Below are positions 8,081-16,898 of a DNA stretch of 34,467 nucleotides, piece by piece (within the stretch, counting starts at the first letter, position 1; every line of letters starts with the position of its first letter). The notes below the pieces were generated by a model, which was given only the letters and a program-made list of their open reading frames with translations, was not told the DNA's origin and ran no database searches. A program made the position numbers and the translations under genes. The stretch is from positions 1 through 34,467 of IMG/VR virus record IMGVR_UViG_3300038674_000488; one strand, written 5' to 3'. The DNA is from a virus. Lineage: Duplodnaviria > Caudoviricetes.

Positions 8081-8884
8081 AGAGCAATGTGGCACCTTGC
8101 ACAGGAATGTGCTTGAAAAATTGGAGTAAAAAACTGGAAGGCTAAACAGGTAAAGGGGGACGCTTTATGAGAAAGCGCGAGGATATTGTTGGAAAGCGGT
8201 TTGGGCGATTGACTGTGGTCGGTTTCTATGGCATGAAAAAACATCATGCGCAGTGGCTGTGCAGATGCGATTGCGGCCTTACGACCCTTTCATATGCTTA
8301 CCAGCTCAATAGCGGGAGCAAAAAATCGTGCGGTTGTTTGCGAACGGAAATTGCCAGTACGCACGTTCCGCCTGCTCTGAAGGGAAGAGAGAACCCCACA
8401 TACAAGCATGGCGGAAAAAGCGGCGGTATTGAGCGACTGTACAGCATTTGGTGGAACATGCTGAAAAGATGTGAGACGCCGAGCAACAGCCGGTATGCAC
8501 GGTATGGCGCACGCGGGATTGCCGTATGCAGCGTATGGCATGACTATGCGGCATTTCGTGATTGGGCATATGCAAACGGGTATTGTGACCAGGACATTGA
8601 AACGCCGCGCGCCCAGATGCTGAGCATAGACCGGATTGATCCTGATGGCAATTATGAGCCTGGGAATTGCAGATGGATCACGCTTTCTGAAAATTCTGCA
8701 CTCCGAAACCTGCACGCTAATCAGAGGTGAAGGGCTGCCAAAGGCAGTCCAGCCGCAACGCATAGCAGGTGAAAAGATATAATCCTGCCACGAGACTCCA
8801 CGTCCAGAGCGGACGAAAAGATATGCTGAACTTACGGGAAACTGTAAGAAGCATGGGATAAAAAGCCCGTGCGATAACAAATTG
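8081..8884 (+). mobile_element. Group I self-splicing intron (804 nt) in the portal gene
   Basis: The 5' exon ends in U, pairing with IGS GGCAC (U.G). P10 GCAATG/CATTGC; P2 GCACA-GGAA-TGTGC; P3 TGGAGT (8122-8127)/ACTCCA (8795-8800); P7 GCATA (8760-8764)/TATGC (8822-8826); P9 GAAA tetraloop; terminal G at 8884. Removal restores the frame NTSA|IIAIQ. Confidence 0.9.
8167..8730 (+). CDS. Intron-encoded HNH-type homing endonuclease
   Basis: GKRFGRLTV, WLCRCDCG, KSCGC, YGARGIAVC and SIDRIDPDGNYEPGNCRW motifs of phage HNH endonucleases. Confidence 0.88.
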   Translation: MRKREDIVGKRFGRLTVVGFYGMKKHHAQWLCRCDCGLTTLSYAYQLNSGSKKSCGCLRTEIASTHVPPALKGRENPTYKHGGKSGGIERLYSIWWNMLKRCETPSNSRYARYGARGIAVCSVWHDYAAFRDWAYANGYCDQDIETPRAQMLSIDRIDPDGNYEPGNCRWITLSENSALRNLHANQR

Positions 8885-9319
8885 ATCATTGCGATCCAGA
8901 AAGCGGCGGCCGCGCCGCTGGAATTGCAGCGCAAAAGCTATTACCAGTTTGTGGAGGACGCGGTGCGGATCATGGTGGATATGATCCGAAATTATTACGG
9001 TGTGCGGTATTTACCGACCCCGGATACCGGAACCGGCATGCAGGCATATGCACAGGTGGATTTTTCGCAGTTTGTCCATGCGTATAAAATGACGACCGTC
9101 AATGTGGGCGCAAGCGCGTACTGGTCGGAATTGACGCAGGTGCAGACGGCGGATAACCTGCTGGCCAACGGTTTGGTGGACGGTGTGACGTACATTGAAA
9201 CGATCCCGGATAACTACCTGAAAAACAAAAAGAAGGTGCTGGAATACAACCAGCAGTTAAAGATGCAGCAGGAAATGCAGGCGCAGATGGCTGCGCCTGC
9301 CGATCAAAGCAGGCTTTGA
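8885..9319 (+). CDS. Portal protein, exon 2 (spliced product about 524 aa)
   Basis: In frame with exon 1 after intron removal; has no SD of its own; Q-rich C-terminus typical of podophage portals. Confidence 0.85.
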   Translation: MIAIQKAAAAPLELQRKSYYQFVEDAVRIMVDMIRNYYGVRYLPTPDTGTGMQAYAQVDFSQFVHAYKMTTVNVGASAYWSELTQVQTADNLLANGLVDGVTYIETIPDNYLKNKKKVLEYNQQLKMQQEMQAQMAAPADQSRL

Positions 9320-9575
9320 TCGGGTCTACCCCTTTTCCAGCGCGCCGATTTCGACGCTTGGAAAAGGGAGCGGAAACAAAGCCTGTCGGCTTTGCATACC
9401 GCAGGGGCGTACACGCCGCCCCTCCGGAAGCTTCAAAACGCGCGGCGTGTACGCGCGTTTGGGCTGCGAACCCGCGGGGTTCGCTTCCGGTATCCCGTCC
9501 AGCGTCAGGCTTGGCGCGCAGACGGGATGTTCCTCGCGGCAAGCCTGCTTGTCCGCGAAAAGCGACTGAAAGGAG
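9290..9575. repeat. Structured palindromic element, copy 1 (one forward and one inverted unit)
   Basis: 9301-9426 is near-identical to 17286-17413. 9443-9559 is an inverted unit homologous to 14658-14776. Ends CGACTGAAAGGAG(C). Confidence 0.85.
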
Positions 9576-9580
9576 CGTTT

Positions 9581-11416
9581 ATGGCTGATATCCCCGTAAC
9601 GGACGTAAAGGAATATAAAAGCAATTTCAGACGTTTTGGCGGGGTGGATTTCACGTCGGTGCCGACGCAGGTGGCGGCGCACCGGTCGCCGGATGCGTGC
9701 AACATGATTGCAAACGAGAAGTTTTTTCCGGTCAAGCGGCCCGGGTACAGGGTTTTTGGGCAGTACGGCGCAAGGATTTACGGGCTGCACCGGCTGGTGA
9801 CGCAGGAGGGGGTCACGCTGTTTGTGCATGCCGGGGGGAACCTGTATGTGCAGGATGAAACGGCGCAGACGCCCGTCCCGGTGTACACGCAGATGGCGCA
9901 AAACGCGTCCCGGTCGTTCGTGATGGGCGGGAAGCTGTATCTTCTGGACGGGAACGCCTATTTGTGCGCGGCGGTGGATGCGGACGGGACGGCTGCGGTG
10001 CAGCCGGTAAGCGACGGCGCGTTTGTGCCGACAACGAGCATTGCCAGGACGCCGGCAGGCGCGGGGACGGCGTTTGAAGCGGTGAACCTTTTGACCCGGA
10101 AGCGCAAAAACAGCTTTGCCGCGGACGGGACGAGCCGGGAATTTCAGCTGGACTTTTCCCCGGTTGCCAGCGTGGACGCGGTGTCGGTGGACGGGCAGGC
10201 TGCGCCGTCCACGGCATACAGCGTGGATTTGGCGAGCGGTGTGGTTTCGTTTCAAACCGCACCGCAGGACGCGGGCGGTGTGGATAACGTAGTGGTGACG
10301 TTTACGGCGGGGGCGGATCAGCGGGGTGTGATTGACAAATGCCGGGTGTGCGGGCTGTTTGGCGGCAACAATGACACGCGCGTGTTTCTGTCGGGCAATC
10401 CGGATGCGCCCAACGTGGACTGGCAAAGCGGACTGTATGACCCCACCTATTTCCCGGACACGGGATACACGAAGATCGGCGCGGACACCAGCGCGATCAT
10501 GGGGTATGCCAGGCAGTACGATACCCAGATCGTGATCAAGGAGGGCAACGGTCAGGACGCGACGCAGTGGCTGCGGACGTTTGCGCTGGACGAAAACAGC
10601 CGGCCGGTGTACGCCGTGGCGCAGGGCGCGGTCGGCATGGGCGCGCTGTCGCGGGACACGTTTGCGGTGCTGGGGGATTCGCCGCTGTTTTTGTCGGACG
10701 CAGGGGTGTGCGCCGTGGCGGGGACGGCGGTGAGCCAGCAGCGCAGCGTGCAGAACCGGTCGCAGCTGATCAACCGGAAGCTGAAAATGGACGCGGACGA
10801 AAACGCGTGCGCGGCGGTGGTCGGGAACAAATATTATCTGTCCTGCGGCGGGCATGTGTATGTGGCCGACGGGGCGCAGGCGTATGAGGACGAGGGCGGC
10901 GCGGTTGCGTATGAATGGTATTACTGGGAAGGGTTTGCGCCCACGGCGATGCTTGCGCTGGAAGGGCGGCTGTGGTTCGGGACGGAAACGGGCGCGGTGT
11001 GCAGGCTGGGGCTTTTGGACGAGGTGGATTGTCTGACCGACGCGGGGGAAGCGTTTTCCTGCTGGTGGACAACGCCGATGCAGAGCTTAAACAGCCTGTA
11101 CCGCAACAAGACCGTGCGGGACGTCAGCTACATGCTGATGCCGTATTCGCAGGCACAGTATCAGGTGTTTTACCGGTCGGACCGGCGGGACTGGACGCTG
11201 ATGCGGGAAGGGAGCCTGTCGCTGTTTGACTTTAACCAGATGAACTTTGGGGATTTGTCGTTTTTCTGTTCGACCACGCCGATTACGGAGCGGACAAGGC
11301 GCAAGGAACGGCGGGCGGAGGTGTTCCAGGTGAAGGTGCAAAACGACGCGCTGGGTACGCAGATGGGGCTTTTGGGGATTGAGATCACCTATCGGTACGC
11401 CAGAAAAACACGCTGA
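9581..11416 (+). CDS. Podophage tail/stabilisation (nozzle-like) protein
   Basis: Beta-rich, 611 aa; FGGVDF, SPDACNM and DPTYFPD motifs. ATG 9581 follows SD AAGGAG; the longer listed ORF reads through repeat DNA. Confidence 0.7.
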   Translation: MADIPVTDVKEYKSNFRRFGGVDFTSVPTQVAAHRSPDACNMIANEKFFPVKRPGYRVFGQYGARIYGLHRLVTQEGVTLFVHAGGNLYVQDETAQTPVPVYTQMAQNASRSFVMGGKLYLLDGNAYLCAAVDADGTAAVQPVSDGAFVPTTSIARTPAGAGTAFEAVNLLTRKRKNSFAADGTSREFQLDFSPVASVDAVSVDGQAAPSTAYSVDLASGVVSFQTAPQDAGGVDNVVVTFTAGADQRGVIDKCRVCGLFGGNNDTRVFLSGNPDAPNVDWQSGLYDPTYFPDTGYTKIGADTSAIMGYARQYDTQIVIKEGNGQDATQWLRTFALDENSRPVYAVAQGAVGMGALSRDTFAVLGDSPLFLSDAGVCAVAGTAVSQQRSVQNRSQLINRKLKMDADENACAAVVGNKYYLSCGGHVYVADGAQAYEDEGGAVAYEWYYWEGFAPTAMLALEGRLWFGTETGAVCRLGLLDEVDCLTDAGEAFSCWWTTPMQSLNSLYRNKTVRDVSYMLMPYSQAQYQVFYRSDRRDWTLMREGSLSLFDFNQMNFGDLSFFCSTTPITERTRRKERRAEVFQVKVQNDALGTQMGLLGIEITYRYARKTR

Positions 11417-11463
11417 CGCGTTCGCGGCAAGCCTGCTTGTCCGCGAAAAACGACTGAAAGGAG
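11412..11463. repeat. Structured palindromic element, copy 2 (minimal, hairpin inverted)
   Basis: TTCGCGGCAAGC-CT-GCTTGTCCGCGAA followed by AAA-CGACTGAAAGGAG(C). Confidence 0.8.
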
Positions 11464-11472
11464 CATTTATGT

Positions 11473-12117
11473 ATGGCTTTTACAAAGATTGAGCAGTTAA
11501 ATAGTCTGATTGCCAGCTTGCCGGACCGGGTGACGGGGCAGGCGGATTGGCTCAAGGCGTATTTTGACGCAAACCCCACGCAGATCATGGAGGCGTTTAA
11601 CGCGCTGGTGGACGAGCTGAAAGCGGCGACGGCGGCGGATCAGATCGGATACAGCGCGGGGGACGGGATCAACGCCGATACGGTGCAGGCGGCGATTGCG
11701 GCGCTGAAGGACATGCTGGACGCGGCGGTGACCGGGACGATCCCGGACGGGAGCCTGACGGGGGAGAAGATCGGCGACGGGCAGGTCGGGGAAAGCAAGC
11801 TGACGGCGGCGGTGCAGGGCAAGCTCAACGGCGGCCATACCCATGGGAGCCTGACGTCCGACGGCAAAATCGGCGCGTCTTCGGGGCGCGTGGTGGTGAC
11901 GGGGGAAAACGGCGCATTGCAGGCCGAGACGAAAAACACGGCGCACAACCGGAATTTTGGGACGGGCATTCCGGCGGCGCCGTCGGATACGGGCAGCGCG
12001 GGTGCGTCCGTAGAGGTCGCGAGATCAGATCATGTACATCCGATTGGGGCGGAGCTGAAACAATATATTGCAGATCAAATTGCGGCGGTGGCGGATTATG
12101 AGGCGGTGATGTTTTAA
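11473..12117 (+). CDS. Tail fibre/adaptor-like virion protein
   Basis: LKAYFD N-terminal motif; GTIPDGSLT, HTH and ARSDHVHP fibre-type motifs. Confidence 0.6.
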   Translation: MAFTKIEQLNSLIASLPDRVTGQADWLKAYFDANPTQIMEAFNALVDELKAATAADQIGYSAGDGINADTVQAAIAALKDMLDAAVTGTIPDGSLTGEKIGDGQVGESKLTAAVQGKLNGGHTHGSLTSDGKIGASSGRVVVTGENGALQAETKNTAHNRNFGTGIPAAPSDTGSAGASVEVARSDHVHPIGAELKQYIADQIAAVADYEAVMF

Positions 12118-12587
12118 TGGCGGAAAAAGGGTGGATTGGCCATAGCACGCTTACAGCCATAGCAAACGCGATTCGCGAAAAAACGGGCGATGCGGCGCTT
12201 TTGCTGCCGGGCGCGATGGCTCAGGCCATTGGCGGGATCAGCACGGAAGCGCCGGTATACGAGGCGGAGGTTACGGTTGCCACGGATTCAAGCACGCTTT
12301 CCTATGCGTTTACCCATGGCCTTGGGAAAACGCCGGACGCGTTCCTCCTGTTTGACGAAACCTTTGGCGCAGGGATTCCCAGCGGTTCTCAGAGCAATTG
12401 CGTCATCTTTACGATTTATGCCGCGGGGTACGCCATATACGGGAAATGGGATTCCGCCGCCGGCAAATATGTCGCCAACGGCGCAGCGGACAGCATGCCT
12501 TATGGCGCCAGCACGTTTAACGACACGCAGGTTTCCGGCAGCGTAAAAAGCTATAGAAATCATACATGGAAGGCGGTCATTTTCTGA
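12117..12587 (+). CDS. Tail-associated protein
   Basis: STLTAIANAIREKTG N-terminal motif common in tail appendage proteins; translationally coupled. Confidence 0.55.
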   Translation: MAEKGWIGHSTLTAIANAIREKTGDAALLLPGAMAQAIGGISTEAPVYEAEVTVATDSSTLSYAFTHGLGKTPDAFLLFDETFGAGIPSGSQSNCVIFTIYAAGYAIYGKWDSAAGKYVANGAADSMPYGASTFNDTQVSGSVKSYRNHTWKAVIF

Positions 12588-12874
12588 TGATGCATTATTA
12601 TGCGGTGTACGTGGACGGCGTTTTAAACCATATCGGCAAAGGCACGGGTCAGGGCGAAGCGATTTCGCAGCAGGAATACGACGCGCTGGCACAGCGGATC
12701 GCGCAGGTATCGGCGTATTTGGATCAGGTTTTATCCGGAGCGCTGACGATTGAGCAGGTTGCGCAGCCATATCGGGAACAAGTGGAACAGATCATCAGCC
12801 GGATGCCGCCGCAGACGGATCAGATCAGCGATGCGCAGGCATTGGCGATTTTGATGGGGGAGGAGACGGTATGA
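12587..12874 (+). CDS. Hypothetical tail-associated protein
   Basis: TGATG overlap with the upstream gene; in the tail module. Confidence 0.5.
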   Translation: MMHYYAVYVDGVLNHIGKGTGQGEAISQQEYDALAQRIAQVSAYLDQVLSGALTIEQVAQPYREQVEQIISRMPPQTDQISDAQALAILMGEETV

Positions 12875-13269
12875 CCAGGCAGGAGGCGTTGGCGCTTCGG
12901 GCGCTGATTGAAAAGGGGGCTGCGTATCTGTCCGATGCAGATGCGCTGCAGGGCAAGCAGCTGTTTGCGTGCTGGTCGGCGCAGGAAAGTTACGGGGCGG
13001 GTCAGCGGGTGCGCTATGAAGGCGTGTTATACCGGTGTTTGCAGGGGCATGACGCGCAGGTAAGCTGGACGCCGGCGGCTGCGCCGAGTTTATGGGCAAA
13101 AGTGCTCGTTGAAGATCCGCAGCAGATCCCGCCATGGGAACAACCCGATAGCACCAATCCATACCGGACGGGGGATCAGGTGACCCATAACGGCAAAATA
13201 TGGCAATGCACGATCGATTATAACGTATGGGAACCCGGCGTGTACGGATGGACGGAGGGAACGGCATGA
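12871..13269 (+). CDS. CBM5/12-like carbohydrate-binding repeat protein
   Basis: Two repeats: W...YGAGQRVRYEGVLYRC...WTP and WEQP...YRTGDQVTHNGKIW...WEPGVYGW. Confidence 0.8.
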   Translation: MTRQEALALRALIEKGAAYLSDADALQGKQLFACWSAQESYGAGQRVRYEGVLYRCLQGHDAQVSWTPAAAPSLWAKVLVEDPQQIPPWEQPDSTNPYRTGDQVTHNGKIWQCTIDYNVWEPGVYGWTEGTA

Positions 13270-13526
13270 CAGAGGCGGTGCTGGTGGCGCTCATTACAGC
13301 GGGGGCGACGGTCGGGGCGCAGCTGGTGATCTCGTCGCGTTCGCGCGGGGAAACGCAGCGGCAGATGGATAAGACCGTGGCGCTGATCGACCAGCGGCTG
13401 GATCAGATCGAGAAAAAGCAGGACAAGCATAACGGGCTGGTGGAGCGGATGGTGAAGGTGGAATCAAGCCTGAAAAGCGCGCATCACCGGATCGACGAAC
13501 TGCATCATGAGCATTGGGAGGAATAG
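13266..13526 (+). CDS. Membrane-anchored coiled-coil lysis-associated protein (XhlA/holin-like)
   Basis: N-terminal TM helix; RLDQIEKKQDKHNGLVERM and SAHHRID motifs. Confidence 0.65.
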   Translation: MTEAVLVALITAGATVGAQLVISSRSRGETQRQMDKTVALIDQRLDQIEKKQDKHNGLVERMVKVESSLKSAHHRIDELHHEHWEE

Positions 13527-13529
13527 GTC

Positions 13530-13820
13530 ATGACGTTTGATGTAACGCAGATTATTTTGGCGTTGATTGCCCTGTGTGGCGCGTTGGTGACCAGTGTGCT
13601 GGTGCCGTGGGTGAAGGCAAAGACCACGACGGCGCAGCAGGAGCAGCTGGGCGCGTGGGTGAAGATTGCGGTCGCCGCAGCGGAACAGATTTTCGCAGCC
13701 GGAAACGGCGCGGAGAAGAAAAAGTACGTGGTGCGCTGGCTGGAAGAACGTGGGATCGTGTTTGACGAGGACACGATTGACGCGGCGATTGAGGCAGCCG
13801 TATACGACTTGAAAAAATGA
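13530..13820 (+). CDS. Phage holin (LL-H-like)
   Basis: TM helix followed by AVAAAEQ...GAEKKKYV...IDAAIEAAV. Confidence 0.85.
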   Translation: MTFDVTQIILALIALCGALVTSVLVPWVKAKTTTAQQEQLGAWVKIAVAAAEQIFAAGNGAEKKKYVVRWLEERGIVFDEDTIDAAIEAAVYDLKK

Positions 13821-14116
13821 GATTCTTAAAACGGATGGTGCTGGGCGTACTGGGGCTGACGGTGGCGGGGAATATCGCGCTGTTCGTACTGGCGTTTATG
13901 TACCAGTGGATCCCGGACGCGATGGCATACGGTTTTTCGCTGGCCGTGCCGTGCGAGCTGGTGGTCAGCGGATTGCTTCGAATCATGGAGGGGAAATATG
14001 GAAATCCGGTATCTGGAAAAAAACAGGACATATACCAACCCACAGCGCATCCGGCCGGTATACGTGGCAGTGCATTCCACGGGGTCGGGGGTGACGAATC
14101 GGACGGTGCTGTTTAA
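13817..14116 (+). CDS. Two-TM small membrane protein overlapping the endolysin 5' end
   Basis: ATGA coupling to the holin and two hydrophobic segments; the C-terminus overlaps the amidase by 119 nt. Confidence 0.45.
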   Translation: MRFLKRMVLGVLGLTVAGNIALFVLAFMYQWIPDAMAYGFSLAVPCELVVSGLLRIMEGKYGNPVSGKKQDIYQPTAHPAGIRGSAFHGVGGDESDGAV

Positions 14117-14624
14117 TGCATGGAACAATCCGGGCGTCAAGCTGAGCTGTCACGCGATGGTGGACGACGAGGGATGGACGCTGACCCTGCCGCTGGATTA
14201 TAAGGGATGGCATGTGGGCAGCAAGGGCAACGGGCTTTGTGTCGGCTTTGAGATCTGCGAACCGCCGTTTATCCGGTACGCCGACGACGCGCACACGCGG
14301 ATCGATTTAGAGCAGTACAACCCAAAGGACGCGCGGGTGCTGGCCGATTTTGAAAAGCGGTGGGCAAACGCAGTGGACTGCGCGGCATACATGTGCCGGG
14401 AAGTAGGCATCATGCCGGAGCATGTGCTTTGCCACGCGGAACTGTTCGCCATTGAGCGGGCGACCAATCACGCCGACGTGCTGCACTGGTTTACCCTGTT
14501 TGGCGACCGCTACGGCATGGATTATTTCAGGGCGGCGGTCAAGGCGGCATTGCAAAAGCCCAAAACAACGGCAAAAAACGTTCGCAGGGCGAGACGCAGA
14601 ACCATTGAGCATGTAATCAATTAA
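13998..14624 (+). CDS. Endolysin, N-acetylmuramoyl-L-alanine amidase (Amidase_2)
   Basis: VAVHSTG, SCHAMVD, GWHVG, GFEICEP, HAEL and NHAD motifs; SD GGAGG. Confidence 0.88.
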   Translation: MEIRYLEKNRTYTNPQRIRPVYVAVHSTGSGVTNRTVLFNAWNNPGVKLSCHAMVDDEGWTLTLPLDYKGWHVGSKGNGLCVGFEICEPPFIRYADDAHTRIDLEQYNPKDARVLADFEKRWANAVDCAAYMCREVGIMPEHVLCHAELFAIERATNHADVLHWFTLFGDRYGMDYFRAAVKAALQKPKTTAKNVRRARRRTIEHVIN

Positions 14625-14648
14625 CAGAAACAAACGGCAAAACCAGAC

Positions 14649-14941
14649 GCTGGCGCGTTCGCGGACAGGCAGGCCTGCCGCGAGGAGCATCCGAACGGCG
14701 CGCCGATGCCGACACTTGTTCGGATAGCGGAAACGAACCCTTGCGGGTTCATATCCGTTTGCGCGTACACGCCGCGCAAGCCGATTGAAGCCCTGCGCTT
14801 TGGCGTGGCAGCGTGTGAAATCATAAGGCAAACGGCAAAACCAGCCGTTTACAATAAGGTCATACAGGCTTAACTCCCGGCTTGACGGCTTTGCCGTCAA
14901 ACGGATGAAAACCTGTTTTGACCGGAAGCGACTGAAAGGAG
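14649..14941. repeat. Structured palindromic element, copy 3 (divergent unit plus degenerate inverted hairpin)
   Basis: Same loop motifs GCAGGC, GCGCGCCGATGCCGAC, AGCGGAAAC and GCGTACACGCCGC, with different but paired stems. Ends CGACTGAAAGGAG(C). Confidence 0.8.
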
Positions 14942-14948
14942 CGACAGC

Positions 14949-15782
14949 ATGCAGGAGCAAACCAGTCCGGGCATGGAGCAGGCAATGGAACAGGACGATT
15001 TCTGGGCAGGCGAGGACATGTTTGATCCGGAAACCACGGATCAGCAGGAGCCGCAGCGCCAGGAGCAGGCAGAACCGGTCGAAGAGGCCGCACAGCAGCA
15101 GGAGACGCAAGCGCCTTTGGAATCTGAAACGCCGCCGGAGCAGCCGCAGCAGGCGCAGACGGTTCGGGTGCGCTATAACGGGCAGGACGTGGACGTGCCG
15201 ATGGATCAAGCCGTGACCCTGATTCAAAAGGGCATGAACTATGACCATGCGCTGGCGCATGTCCCGGAACGCGCGTTTTTAAACAGGCTGGCCGGGGCCA
15301 GCGGCAAGACGCCGGAGCAGTACATGGCCGAGGTGGAAGGGGCGATGGAGCAAAAGCAGATTCGCGACCTGACCGCGCAGGGCATGACGGAGCAGGCGGC
15401 GGCGCAGGTGCTTGCGGCGAGAAAGGAGCAGCAAAAAGCGCAGGCGGAGCTGAGCCGGCTCAAAGACCAGATCAGCAGCCAGCAGGCGCAGATTTCGCGC
15501 CAGCAGATGCTGCGGGAATTTTTCACCCGGCATGCGGATTTAAACCCGAAGGACGTGCCCCGGGAGGTTTTGGAAGCTGTTTCCAGGGGGCAGGACATGG
15601 AAAGCGCGTACACGGCGCATCAGAACAAAGCGTTGCAGGCGCAGATCGACCAGCTCAAAGCGCAGCTTGCCGCGCAGGAGAGCGGGAAGGCGAACGCCGC
15701 AAAAGCGGTTGGTTCTGTCGCGCAAAGCGCGCCGCCCAGGGAAGAAGTAGACGAAGTATGGGAAGCCTTCATGAAAGGCTGA
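14949..15782 (+). CDS. Capsid scaffolding protein
   Basis: Acidic Q/E-rich N-terminus, VRYNGQ...LIQKGMNYD motif, coiled coil; directly upstream of the capsid gene. Confidence 0.75.
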   Translation: MQEQTSPGMEQAMEQDDFWAGEDMFDPETTDQQEPQRQEQAEPVEEAAQQQETQAPLESETPPEQPQQAQTVRVRYNGQDVDVPMDQAVTLIQKGMNYDHALAHVPERAFLNRLAGASGKTPEQYMAEVEGAMEQKQIRDLTAQGMTEQAAAQVLAARKEQQKAQAELSRLKDQISSQQAQISRQQMLREFFTRHADLNPKDVPREVLEAVSRGQDMESAYTAHQNKALQAQIDQLKAQLAAQESGKANAAKAVGSVAQSAPPREEVDEVWEAFMKG

Positions 15783-15800
15783 AATCGAAAGGAGCAATAA

Positions 15801-16853
15801 ATGGCAATTAACCTTGCAGCCAAATACAGTGACAAAATTCTGACCTATTTTACCCAGGCATCCATCATGAAGGGCATGGGCAACAACGATTATTCGTTTG
15901 AGGGCGTGAAAACCGTCAAGATTTATACGCCCGTAACGATCCCGCTGGGTGATTACACCCGCAGCGGCGCAAACCGCTACGGTACCCCTGTGGAAATGCA
16001 GGATACCCTGCAGGAGCTGACCATGACGCAGGACAAGGGTTTTGCGCTGACCATTGACAAGGGCAACAACATGGAACAGCTCAACATCAAGGGCGCGGCG
16101 CGCATGCTGCGTTTGCAGATCGACGAGCGGGTCATTCCGGAGTACGACAAGTATGTGCTGGGTAAGCTGGTTGTGAACGCCGGCCTTTCTGCGGCGGCTT
16201 CCGCGGCGCTTACCAAGAGCAATATCGCCGAAACGATTGCGGGCGCGCTGACCGCGCAGGACAACAAGTTTGTGCCGCAGACCGGCCGGATCATTCTGAT
16301 CCCGTCGACCAAGTACAACATGCTGCGCCTGTCTCCCGAGTTTATCGGCAACGACCATCTGGGCAAGACCAGCCTGGTGAAGGGTCAGGTGGGCGAATTC
16401 ATGAACTGCCGTGTGGTCAAGATCCCCGACAGCTACGTTGCGGATAACGTCAACTTCATGATCGTGCTGAACAAGAGTTTTACCGCGCCGTGGAAGCTCA
16501 ACGACACCAAGATCCACAAGGATCCTCCCGGTCTGAACGGCGATCTGCTGGAAGGGCGTTTCATGTGGGACGCTTTCGTGCTGGGCGCAAAGGCGGACGG
16601 CATCTATGTCAGCGGCGCATCCGGCAGCAAGCAGGCGGCGCCGACCATTACGATTTCGTCTAACAGCGCGACCGTTGCCAGCACGGGCGCGGACAAGATC
16701 CTCTATACGCTCGACGGTTCCGATCCGCGGTACTCCGACAGCGCGCAGGTGTACGCGTCCGCCGTTACGATGGCAGCGGGCGAGACGATCAAGGCGGTTG
16801 CCTATAAGGCCGGCAGCCTGACCAGCGACGTTGCGGAAAAGGCGAATTCCTAA
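15801..16853 (+). CDS. Major capsid protein with C-terminal Ig-like (CHB_HEX_C/Fn3-associated) domain
   Basis: MAINLAAKYS, GVKTVKI, ELTMTQDKGF, VIPEYDKY and EGRFMWDAFVL motifs; C-terminal APTI...KILYTLDGSDP...TIKAVAYK. Confidence 0.85.
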   Translation: MAINLAAKYSDKILTYFTQASIMKGMGNNDYSFEGVKTVKIYTPVTIPLGDYTRSGANRYGTPVEMQDTLQELTMTQDKGFALTIDKGNNMEQLNIKGAARMLRLQIDERVIPEYDKYVLGKLVVNAGLSAAASAALTKSNIAETIAGALTAQDNKFVPQTGRIILIPSTKYNMLRLSPEFIGNDHLGKTSLVKGQVGEFMNCRVVKIPDSYVADNVNFMIVLNKSFTAPWKLNDTKIHKDPPGLNGDLLEGRFMWDAFVLGAKADGIYVSGASGSKQAAPTITISSNSATVASTGADKILYTLDGSDPRYSDSAQVYASAVTMAAGETIKAVAYKAGSLTSDVAEKANS

Positions 16854-16862
16854 ATGATCCAG

Positions 16863-16888
16863 GGGCGGCTTTTGCGCCGCCCTTTTTT
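16863..16888 (+). terminator. Intrinsic terminator after the capsid gene
   Basis: GGGCGGC-TTTTGC-GCCGCCC-TTTTTT. Confidence 0.75.
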
Positions 16889-16898
16889 AAAATGGGGG

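Noticed and set aside
8081-8116. Portal ending in RAMWHLAQECA, with a separate gene at 8882-9319
   Set aside because: This is read-through into the intron. The second ORF lacks an SD and is exon 2.
9392-9580. N-terminal extensions of ORFs 9392-11416 and 17334-18467
   Set aside because: They translate repeat DNA; the SD-supported starts are 9581 and 17463.
11473-13269. Complete diversity-generating retroelement targeting tail proteins
   Set aside because: No reverse transcriptase and no TR/VR pair is visible in the window.
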